From: an uncultured Gemmatimonadota bacterium
GTDB taxonomy: Bacteria > SM23-81 > DAOVCL01
Reading direction: 5' to 3'
DNA length: 60,606 nucleotides
Assembly (NCBI GenBank): GCA_964626665.1
Contig: CAZVGK010000005.1
Location: 60,069-120,674, forward strand
How positions within the stretch are numbered: the stretch's first letter is position 1; each line of letters starts with the position of its first letter. A program made the position numbers and the translations under genes. Below are positions 9,711-17,553 of this stretch, in pieces. The notes under the pieces are model-generated. The model saw only the letters and a program-made list of their open reading frames with translations. It searched no databases and was not told the origin of the DNA.

Positions 9711-10420
9711 AGCAACACCATTGCCTCGCCCCCAATCTGAAAGGCAGATATTGGTTCCTTTAACCGTATGGGCGAGCCAACAAAGGTAAAATGCTCCCTT
9801 CGACTCACCCGCCTTTCCTTACCGATGAAACTAAAGGATGTTGGAAGCAGAAAAACTTGTGGGGCACGAATTGTCTCTGTAATTGGAACCTCTTTCAAAT
9901 CCAGTATTGGTTCATAGACACCCGTGTGATCGCCTGGCAAAACTGTATTTTGGAATTCTGAAAGTAGAGAATCTGTGAAAACCTCTATTTGCCCAATTTT
10001 ATATATCTTTACCAGGTCATCACTGTTACCGGCGGTCAGAGCGTAACAGGGGTTCAAGAGAGCCTCTTTTACTCGATTTGCAACCACTTTATCCTCTGAG
10101 CCAATAGCCAATTTCATCTTGAAGTCGGTTAAATATTCTCGAAGTAGGACATCAGAGATTATCTCGCCCATTTTTATCTTGTGATACTTCCAGAGATCCC
10201 GAATCTGACCGCTGTGTCTGCCTACTACACCAAGACGTAAACCATTCTCTTCTCGAAACCGCATTGCATCTTCAAAGCTTAAACCAAGGGCCGCCCCAAC
10301 AAGTCCGACCAAGGTAGTGATGGGTGGAAGGGGAAAGGTCTGGTGAAATGTATGATTTTCAGGTATCCGAAATGAGGCTGTATTAGCAATTCCCTCTACG
10401 GTAAAGAGATACATAGTCAC
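9707..10420 (-). CDS. cas5: CRISPR-associated protein Cas5
   Basis: TASFRIP...TFPLPPITTLVGLVGAALG N-terminal motif. Confidence 0.93.
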   Translation of the reverse strand: MTMYLFTVEGIANTASFRIPENHTFHQTFPLPPITTLVGLVGAALGLSFEDAMRFREENGLRLGVVGRHSGQIRDLWKYHKIKMGEIISDVLLREYLTDFKMKLAIGSEDKVVANRVKEALLNPCYALTAGNSDDLVKIYKIGQIEVFTDSLLSEFQNTVLPGDHTGVYEPILDLKEVPITETIRAPQVFLLPTSFSFIGKERRVSRREHFTFVGSPIRLKEPISAFQIGGEAMVLL

Positions 10421-10421
10421 C

Positions 10422-11309
10422 TCACTTGTAGCATTGGTCTACCCATTCCTGCATTCTCCTAAAGGCTTCACCTATGGTGACTGTATTTTCAGGTAGAACA
10501 GTAAAGAGTCCCTTTCTTGCCCCGAAGACATATGCCCTGATTTCGTCTGCAAAATCGGCTAAGGTTTCCGTAAGCAAATCAACATTTACACCCCCGTTAA
10601 CAGGCACCACGGACTCCAAGAAAATAGGGTTTTTTACACTGAGCAAAGCCACGGCCACAAACTTAGGGGAAATGTCTGCTAAGAAACGAGTTTGTCTGCC
10701 AGATGACCAAAGATTTTTGAAGGCTGAGAGGAGAGCGTTGACCCGTTTAGCTTTCTCCTCGGCTCTCAACCCATTTTTAAATCCATCGCCACAACCGACC
10801 CGGTCAAGCTCAATGAGTATTGTGCCCCGATAAGTGCCAGCGTGTATCTCAGTCTCAAAGATGTTAGGGTCACCACCGGCAGCAACACCCATATAATTGG
10901 TGCCAAAGTCCAAGTCTCCTTCATACTTATCCACTACTGAGATAAGCGGAGAAACCCTTATAGGTGATGTGCGTGTAATCGCTGCTCCCTTACCTACTCC
11001 CTTTCCTTTTTCTATGCCCATAAAGCCAAAGAGGTCATCATCGATGAATTTCTCAGGCTCCTGTTGTGTAGTTGCAGCCCCTTTGACAATTTGAGCGGCT
11101 ACTCCTTCTGATAACTCCCAGCCAAGGTTAGGTAGTTGGTCACGGAGCGCCCGCCGTACCGCTTGAGATGAAACATATGGATACTGCTCTGTCCCTCGAC
11201 TTAGTTTCTTGATACTTGAGATGTTCTCAGCCTCTTTATCAGAACCATTGAGGCTGGCAAAGGAGACAGGCGTAAGGTAGGTGATGGTTAAAGCTTTCGC
11301 GTCTTTCAT
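10422..11309 (-). CDS. cas7: Type I-B Cas7 (Cst2/DevR family)
   Basis: PYVSSQAVRRALR, DDDLFGFM, TRTSPIRVS, PNIFETEIH, ELDRVG motifs. Confidence 0.93.
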   Translation of the reverse strand: MKDAKALTITYLTPVSFASLNGSDKEAENISSIKKLSRGTEQYPYVSSQAVRRALRDQLPNLGWELSEGVAAQIVKGAATTQQEPEKFIDDDLFGFMGIEKGKGVGKGAAITRTSPIRVSPLISVVDKYEGDLDFGTNYMGVAAGGDPNIFETEIHAGTYRGTILIELDRVGCGDGFKNGLRAEEKAKRVNALLSAFKNLWSSGRQTRFLADISPKFVAVALLSVKNPIFLESVVPVNGGVNVDLLTETLADFADEIRAYVFGARKGLFTVLPENTVTIGEAFRRMQEWVDQCYK

Positions 11310-11620
11310 TTGTTTTCTCCTCCTTTAGTGGCGGCATTAAAACTATTGAGAGCCGCAATCATACAGAATTGTTTGAACTCTACGAAGTTGCTGTCAGTAA
11401 GTGCTCCCTCGTAAAGTTCTTTTGGCACAGTGAAGTCAGATCCGAGCTTAAACTGAAGCCGATTCAACTGCTCTAGGAAGTCTGTCTTCTTTCTTGCTTT
11501 TCGCAAGGCAAAAAGGTCTCCCTTTTTCCCACTCGTTCTACCTTGTTTATCTTTCTTGCCCACTGCCATGCCAACCCGTCGGCCTAAAGTCACAGCCACT
11601 TCTTGGTCTTCTTTGGTCAT
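11306..11620 (-). CDS. cas11: Putative internally translated small subunit Cas11 (104 aa, in frame within cas8)
   Basis: GAGGGGGGG SD-like run immediately before the in-frame ATG (RRGGA-MTKEDQE...). Confidence 0.6.
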   Translation of the reverse strand: MTKEDQEVAVTLGRRVGMAVGKKDKQGRTSGKKGDLFALRKARKKTDFLEQLNRLQFKLGSDFTVPKELYEGALTDSNFVEFKQFCMIAALNSFNAATKGGENK

Positions 11621-13021
11621 AGCCCCCCCTCTTCTTGTTATTTTCTCATAAAGAACGAGAAAGTTTAATAGCGGTTTGAAATAATCCAATTCTGCCCGAA
11701 ATACATGCATCTCCACGAGATCAAGGATGGTTTGTTTCTTTAAGATGCGTTCACAGATACGATTGCGAAGAAGTGTTTTGTTCTCGTTCTTTTTCTGAGA
11801 AAAGTCAACCAATAGTCGCATCACTTCCCGAATATTAATCTTCTCTTGTTTCAATTCGTTCATCAGCCGAAAGAAGTAAACAGTATCCCGAAAGGGCCAA
11901 ACCCTCTTCACCATTGTAGTTTGGCCTTTTGATTCTGCATCCAAGACAATAAACTCTAATGGCGATTTGTTAATGGTGAGGTCGAGCATTCTTTCCCAAT
12001 CCAGAACAGCGGTTGTTTCCTCTTTTTCTTCCTTTTGTTGAAGGAGAACCTTTTTGTAGAGCGTGAAGAGAAAGGCAAAGGTAACTTCAAATGATCGCTG
12101 AAAATATCCACCTAAAGGATGCTCAAAATTGCGAAATAGATTAGGATCAAGTTGCTCCGCCTCATGTAACGGTTTAAACACATCCAACATCTTCTCCAAA
12201 GAAACGGAATAAGGGAGGAAAATATACAAATGGTTTCCTTGTTGTAGATAGAAACCGTTAACAGGCACAAACTTTCCCAACAGAGAACACTTCCAACAAA
12301 CTTTTTCAGGGTCTCCTCCTTGTGGATTAAAAGAGAGAACACCACTCGTGCCAGTGATAAGTGGGAAGATGGTCTGGTTGGCATCTTCCAGGTTGGAAGC
12401 TTTCTCTCCGCACAGATAACATATTCCCTTTGGCTTCCCAGATTTGGTCTGTATTTTGATCTTGGGTCTAACAGCATTTGGGCCGTCTTTTAACAATCCA
12501 GCGGTTGTTACATCTAAACCATTCTTGTCTAAGAAAGAATCCAGTCTTTCTTGAAGATAGACATATGGAGTAGGCAATATTCCACGGGCCTTTCTCACCT
12601 TTTTGCCATCTATCTTGATTTCTCGTTTCTCTTTTCTTTCCCACTTGATGGATGAAGCCGTAGGTCGGGGGGCTTTGTCATATATTAATGCAGCGATACC
12701 GACTGCTTTCCGTTTGGGAAAAGCGACAAATTTGTCTTCTTGACTATCATAATAAAAATTATATCCAGAGGTATTATCTCGCTGTTTTTTGGTAGATAAA
12801 TTATAGTAACGTTCTGTCATCAGATTATAAGCGGATTCAAGCACTATCTGGATTGTTTTCTCTGATCCAGTTAGTTTCAAGCCTTCATCTGTAATAGCAA
12901 TTTTTACTTCATTATTGTTTACTTCCCTCAAAAATTGTATTAGTCCAACTAATCCTGAATCCAGCCAGAAATGCCCCAATTTGGGGAAAACTATCTCGAT
13001 AGAATCATTTACTCGATTCAA
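11306..13021 (-). CDS. cas8: Type I large subunit Cas8 (Cas8b1/Cst1-like, two CxxC)
   Basis: Lies between cas6 and cas7; N-terminal HFWLDSGLVG; CYLC and CWKC zinc ligands; helical C-terminal domain. Confidence 0.82.
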   Translation of the reverse strand: MNRVNDSIEIVFPKLGHFWLDSGLVGLIQFLREVNNNEVKIAITDEGLKLTGSEKTIQIVLESAYNLMTERYYNLSTKKQRDNTSGYNFYYDSQEDKFVAFPKRKAVGIAALIYDKAPRPTASSIKWERKEKREIKIDGKKVRKARGILPTPYVYLQERLDSFLDKNGLDVTTAGLLKDGPNAVRPKIKIQTKSGKPKGICYLCGEKASNLEDANQTIFPLITGTSGVLSFNPQGGDPEKVCWKCSLLGKFVPVNGFYLQQGNHLYIFLPYSVSLEKMLDVFKPLHEAEQLDPNLFRNFEHPLGGYFQRSFEVTFAFLFTLYKKVLLQQKEEKEETTAVLDWERMLDLTINKSPLEFIVLDAESKGQTTMVKRVWPFRDTVYFFRLMNELKQEKINIREVMRLLVDFSQKKNENKTLLRNRICERILKKQTILDLVEMHVFRAELDYFKPLLNFLVLYEKITRRGGAMTKEDQEVAVTLGRRVGMAVGKKDKQGRTSGKKGDLFALRKARKKTDFLEQLNRLQFKLGSDFTVPKELYEGALTDSNFVEFKQFCMIAALNSFNAATKGGENK

Positions 13022-13869
13022 AACACCTCCTCCTTCTTGATGGCGGTCCCAAAACCCCTGGCTGCAGACTTGCCAATGCCCCAGATACTTGGAAGGGCAA
13101 AGTTAACCTCAAACTCACCTTCAAAGCCCAACATTTTCAATCCCTGGTTTTGGTGTCCTGGTTTGATGGTAAACTCTCCGGCTAATTCCAGCTTCAGAGA
13201 TACCTGCAGGCGATCAGGCACAACGTAGTTGACTGCTTTAGAGAGAGAAAGCAAATTGCCAATCAGTATTTTGCATAATAGGGCATCCACTTTGCTTTGC
13301 TCTCTCTGTATCGTTTGAAACTCTCGGTAATTCTCGCTATTAAGTGGCAACCAGGGGGTTACAAAGCGGTATTGAATTGGTTTCTCTGTTATCCCAAAAG
13401 CTATTCTGTCTCGAATAAATTGGTGGTCGATTATTCGAATGTGCTGATGATGGATATACACCTCACTTGGGAGCTTCATAGCCAACAAGATAAACGCTCC
13501 TTCTTTCAAACCAGTAATCCATCCTGCACCGTTTAGGACCTTATATTGAATCAGGGGGTGTTGATAAACCAGGCCATTGGGAAGGTGATGATGAAACTCT
13601 GGGCGATTCCGATATTCGTGGCCAAAGAAACCCCGCAGTCGTCGAGCATCATCAAATACAAGCGGTTTTTCCATCTCCAATTTTATACTCACATTTTCCA
13701 ATATGTGTTTATCCGTTCCATAAATCCGCATCTTGATCACATCGTCTTCTGCCAGCCACAAAGCTATCCTCTTATATTCCACCTTTAACTCTGCCAACTT
13801 CCCCTCCAGAGCTGGAAGGTTCTTTTGAGGAACCCCTATTGCACCTGTACCGATATGCTTTCCATTCAA
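13018..13869 (-). CDS. cas6: CRISPR-associated endoribonuclease Cas6 (start uncertain)
   Basis: LRGFFG...FHHH...YQHPLIQYK, YRFVTPWLPLN, C-terminal G-loop GIGKSAARGFG. Confidence 0.9.
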   Translation of the reverse strand: MNGKHIGTGAIGVPQKNLPALEGKLAELKVEYKRIALWLAEDDVIKMRIYGTDKHILENVSIKLEMEKPLVFDDARRLRGFFGHEYRNRPEFHHHLPNGLVYQHPLIQYKVLNGAGWITGLKEGAFILLAMKLPSEVYIHHQHIRIIDHQFIRDRIAFGITEKPIQYRFVTPWLPLNSENYREFQTIQREQSKVDALLCKILIGNLLSLSKAVNYVVPDRLQVSLKLELAGEFTIKPGHQNQGLKMLGFEGEFEVNFALPSIWGIGKSAARGFGTAIKKEEVF

Positions 13870-13935
13870 ATTCTGAACTAACCCGATCTTTCGCCTTTAT
13901 ATGTTTTTCCTCTAACTTTTTAGGAGAAACCAAAG

Positions 13936-14772
13936 TTACGAACGAAACCTCCGGGCTAACCTATCCCGTAACCACCTGGCCGTGGGGTACACCTTTTCTG
14001 CCTCTTTTCTACTCAGGGGTCTATCCTGGCGACTTATTCGTAAGGCAACCCGTAAGCCAGGGATAAGATCCTTCTTGCCAAATTTTCTAAAGCCTTTCAG
14101 CACTTTATCCTTTGTCGTAGGGACAAAACCATGGAGTTCTGAAAATAGTATAGCAAAGTTTACGGTTGCCCGAGCCAGATAATCACCAACCTCACAAGTG
14201 CATCTTTTTTTACAGTACCTCTTGTGCCATCCTTTGTTTCTCCGTATGTCTCTCAGACCCATGCGGTAAAACCCTATCCAATGCTCAAACCATTTCCTCA
14301 TCCATTCTCGGTCGGGCAGTGTTATCTTTCGTTCGAGAAGCCTTGAGATGAAATCTCCCCTTTTATAAAGGACGATTCCATTCTTGATCGCATGGGCCAT
14401 AGTGGTCGAATTTCTGAAATGTTCCTCAAGTTGCCTTCTGGTGAACGGAATAAGCTGGATCCTTTTATCCAGTTTGTCTTCAAACTCATACAGTTTCCTA
14501 AACCTTAGTTTCCTGCTCTTAATCCAGACAATATCAACATCCGAGTCAGATTTGAAATTACCTTCGGCCACACTTCCAATCAGAACCAGACCTAAGGTAT
14601 CGGGATATGCCCCTGGTATTTTTCCCTTTACTTCCTGAATTGCCGTTTGAAAAATCGATGGGGCCTGCACCACAATCACCTGGCCATTACCCTTTTGCCC
14701 CGCCTTCAGTGTGCGGTGCAGTGTTGCCCACTGGCGCGTTGCGTCCTGCAAGATAAATAGTTTTGCCTTCAT
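13936..14772 (-). CDS. Pol-beta/minimal nucleotidyltransferase domain protein with helical (possibly HEPN-like) C-terminus
   Basis: LIGSVAEGNFKSDSDVDI motif; AAGGAGG SD upstream. Confidence 0.75.
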   Translation of the reverse strand: MKAKLFILQDATRQWATLHRTLKAGQKGNGQVIVVQAPSIFQTAIQEVKGKIPGAYPDTLGLVLIGSVAEGNFKSDSDVDIVWIKSRKLRFRKLYEFEDKLDKRIQLIPFTRRQLEEHFRNSTTMAHAIKNGIVLYKRGDFISRLLERKITLPDREWMRKWFEHWIGFYRMGLRDIRRNKGWHKRYCKKRCTCEVGDYLARATVNFAILFSELHGFVPTTKDKVLKGFRKFGKKDLIPGLRVALRISRQDRPLSRKEAEKVYPTARWLRDRLARRFRS

Positions 14773-15125
14773 CCATAATGACCTCCTTGATTCTAGGGAT
14801 CAATTCCTCCATGGTTTTGGCCTGGGTATAGCAACTCTTCAAAGGGGGAACGGTAGCTACCAGATAACCGTCTTCGTCTCGTTCTATCAAAACAGACAAT
14901 TTAATAGCATAGGAAATTCCTTTTTTGGACAGGATTGACAGGATGATCAGGATATACAACATTCATTAAATACCTAAAATCACTGAAATGATATGGAATT
15001 CTAATGTGTGTTCTAAATTTCCGGTGGTTTCGGTGTGGTTCGGTGTTTTTTTTTTGAAAGATCCAGTAAATCCTGTTCATCCTGTCAAAAAGCCCTCGGG
15101 GGCGGCTAAGCTCTATTTTTTTCAT
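14687..15125 (-). pseudogene. hicB: HicB-family antitoxin remnant split by a ~200-bp insertion
   Basis: KLSVLIERDEDGYLVATVPPLKSCYTQAKTMEELIPRIKEVI is HicB-like; SD plus ATG AAA AAA ATA GAG CTT at 15125 joins it in frame when 14905-15109 is removed. Confidence 0.7.
14905..15106. mobile_element. MITE-like element with subterminal inverted repeats (GACAGGATTGACAGGAT...ATCCTGTTCATCCTGTC), flanked by TAA direct repeats
   Basis: TAA at 14902-14904 and 15107-15109; related copies at about 15305-15360, 17390-17490 and 42785-42930. Confidence 0.65.
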
Positions 15126-15213
15126 CTTTTCTCCTCTTGTCTTTTTCTTGAAATGTTCTCCGAAACTTTCAGTTCTATCCTTACAAATTTTTAGGGATTT
15201 TTGGTTCTTCATA

Positions 15214-15242
15214 ATTATAGGTTACGAATTGTGGTTTGTAAA
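15214..15242 (-). promoter_or_regulatory. Sigma70-type promoter TTTACA-17-TATAAT facing the cas operon
   Basis: -35 at 15242-15237, -10 at 15219-15214. Confidence 0.65.
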
Positions 15243-15734
15243 GGGGAAATCTCTCTGGTAAGTCCACTTACTGTCAAGGTCACTAAATAGTTTACATTTT
15301 TGAACTTAGCTCCCTTCGGCAGAACTTTTTTGACAGGATTGACAGGATTCACATGATTTTTTCTCTGTGCAGGTAGGGCTCTTGCCCTGACGGAGTTCTG
15401 TAAGAAACCCTCGGCGATTCAAGATGTTACTTAGCATTGCGATGGCAGCCGCAACCTATGAGGTTGCGAAAGGATGCAGACTGAAGTCTGCGACTACCAG
15501 ATCTTATGCCTGTCACCCTCCTCAAATATTTAAAATCTTGACAATTTATGTTTACCTGTGTCCAAAATGGAAATTCTTATGCTATGAATTTAGCTTCAAG
15601 AGCTGTCAGAAGATAACTCCTGTCCGCAGGCTTTTGAAATTTCTTGGAGTAGTTCCCAAACAAAAAGGCCTCCTGAGCCACACCGGGATAGGGTGGGGAA
15701 GGAGGCCAGGTTTGGACTTGGAAAAAATTCTCAC

Positions 15735-16472
15735 TCAGAATCTAATCTTTACCGCCAGGCGAATATCCTTCCGTCCTATAGAGGGATGAATCTCCATCTC
15801 CACCTGGGAGAAGTTAAATCTCTTTCCCTTGTTGTAGTTTCTCACCTGTCTCACCGCATCGATGGAGCTTACTACTCTGTTGAGGAGGGCCAGGCCGAGC
15901 ATATAGATCGCCTTTTGGTAAGCAGTCTTGCTCCTGTCCCGAATTGATTTGAACTTCTTTCTAGCCTGAGGATTTTCCCATTCCCAGTAACAATCATCCC
16001 CATAGAGTTGGGCCTTTTCCCGTTCTCCCCAAAGTTGGTAGCGGTTGTATTCGTCTCGGGAGTCGTAGAAGGCCAAACTGCGGAAAAACTCGTTATCCTT
16101 TCCCCCCAGAGTCACCCCGGCGTGCTCGGCGGCATAGAGCTTGTAGTCATCCTGCAGCCATCCTCCATATTCTCTGAGACCAAAGAACCCAGCCCAAACA
16201 GCTGCCTCCACTCCTAAGAAGACAGCCGATCTCCCCTTGGATTGGGCATAAGCCTGGCCTGAGCCAGGGAGAAGGAATGAAAGAAGGAAACCAAGGTTAG
16301 TGGATTTGTATCCCGTCTCTTCTCCACCCCATTGGGCCAGTTGAGGAGTAGAGGTAACTCCTTCCTCCTGCCAGACCATCTTCTCCGGAGTCAGGAGCTT
16401 CTGCCCCCAGGCTGTTGAGAGAATGGGGGAGAGGAGAAGGAGCAATATGGCTATGGTTGCCCTTCTTAACAT
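15735..16472 (-). CDS. Exported/membrane hypothetical protein (SFLLPGSGQAY motif, DUF5683-like)
   Basis: Signal peptide, hydrophobic segments, C-terminal F; paralog of the adjacent gene. Confidence 0.7.
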   Translation of the reverse strand: MLRRATIAILLLLLSPILSTAWGQKLLTPEKMVWQEEGVTSTPQLAQWGGEETGYKSTNLGFLLSFLLPGSGQAYAQSKGRSAVFLGVEAAVWAGFFGLREYGGWLQDDYKLYAAEHAGVTLGGKDNEFFRSLAFYDSRDEYNRYQLWGEREKAQLYGDDCYWEWENPQARKKFKSIRDRSKTAYQKAIYMLGLALLNRVVSSIDAVRQVRNYNKGKRFNFSQVEMEIHPSIGRKDIRLAVKIRF

Positions 16473-16475
16473 TTT

Positions 16476-17357
16476 TTAGAACCTCTTAGTCAGGATTATT
16501 TGAGGAGTAGGCTCGCCGTAGTAATCTATCACTGTAGCTCGCAGGCTGAACCCCGAGAATCTGTCCGCTCTCTTGTTGTGGGATTTGGCCAGGAGGGCGG
16601 CATCAAAGGCGCTTAAGACCCTGTTCACCAGGGCGGCCCCTATCCCCCATTTGGCCCTCTTCAGGAACTTGTTGCTTAAATCCCTTTTGTCCTCGTAATC
16701 CTCGGCCTCGTTAGACTTCCAGAAGTAGAGGGTATCGCTGGGTTGAATGTTATCGTCCCAGCCAACCCCAAACTGATAATCATAGTATTTCCCGATCATC
16801 TCATAATACTGCTGCTTGTCATGTTTCCAGGCATCTATCACATCATGAATAAAAGAGGCAGGCAGATAGGTCTGGATGGAATCCCACTCCTCGGGGTTGT
16901 AGTTTTCAAGGGTATAATGGCCGTAATATCTTGTGTCAATTAGAAACTCATCGTTTACGAATTTGAGGTAATCGCTTAAGCTCCAGTGCTCATTGGCAAA
17001 ATCCCTGAATTCTACCTCCTTCACCTTCCCCTTGTGATGGTAGGTAAGATAGCCGGTCCAGGATAGAACCTCAATGCCCCCAAACAGGAGCATCCTGGCT
17101 TTGGAGCCCATATAATATTCCCCAGCTCCAGGCAGGATGGCCGAGAGAAGAAACGCCTTCTGGATGGATTTCCTCTCGCCGAGCGGCTGATCAGCTAAGG
17201 AAGTCTCCACCCTCTGTTTAAGGGAAGGGCTATTTTGGGACAGAAATTCCGCCTCTATTTTGCCCAATTCGGGGGCATTTGGACTAAGTCCCTGTCCCCA
17301 GGCTATCTGACCGAGGAGAAGGATAATAAGGGATGCAAAGTAAATTGCTGGTTTCAT
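16476..17357 (-). CDS. Exported/membrane hypothetical protein (SAILPGAGEYY motif, DUF5683-like)
   Basis: Signal peptide; NRVLSAFDA motif shared with 15735..16472; GGAGG SD. Confidence 0.7.
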   Translation of the reverse strand: MKPAIYFASLIILLLGQIAWGQGLSPNAPELGKIEAEFLSQNSPSLKQRVETSLADQPLGERKSIQKAFLLSAILPGAGEYYMGSKARMLLFGGIEVLSWTGYLTYHHKGKVKEVEFRDFANEHWSLSDYLKFVNDEFLIDTRYYGHYTLENYNPEEWDSIQTYLPASFIHDVIDAWKHDKQQYYEMIGKYYDYQFGVGWDDNIQPSDTLYFWKSNEAEDYEDKRDLSNKFLKRAKWGIGAALVNRVLSAFDAALLAKSHNKRADRFSGFSLRATVIDYYGEPTPQIILTKRF

Positions 17358-17553
17358 TTTTCCCTCCTTTTTAAATTTTTAGTTTAGAGATTCCTTTTTA
17401 TTAGACAGGATAGACAGGATGGTTGGGATAAATAAGAATCATGTAAATCCTGTTCATCCCGTTAAAAAAGTCTCCGCTGGAGGCGGCTAAGTTCAAAAAA
17501 TATCAGGGTTTATTCCGATCTCATCTGTGTCTATCCGTGTTCATCCGTGGTTC

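Noticed and set aside
14901-15789. ORFs 14901..15212, 14988..15194 and 15424..15789
   Set aside because: Composed largely of translated repeat elements and promoter DNA.
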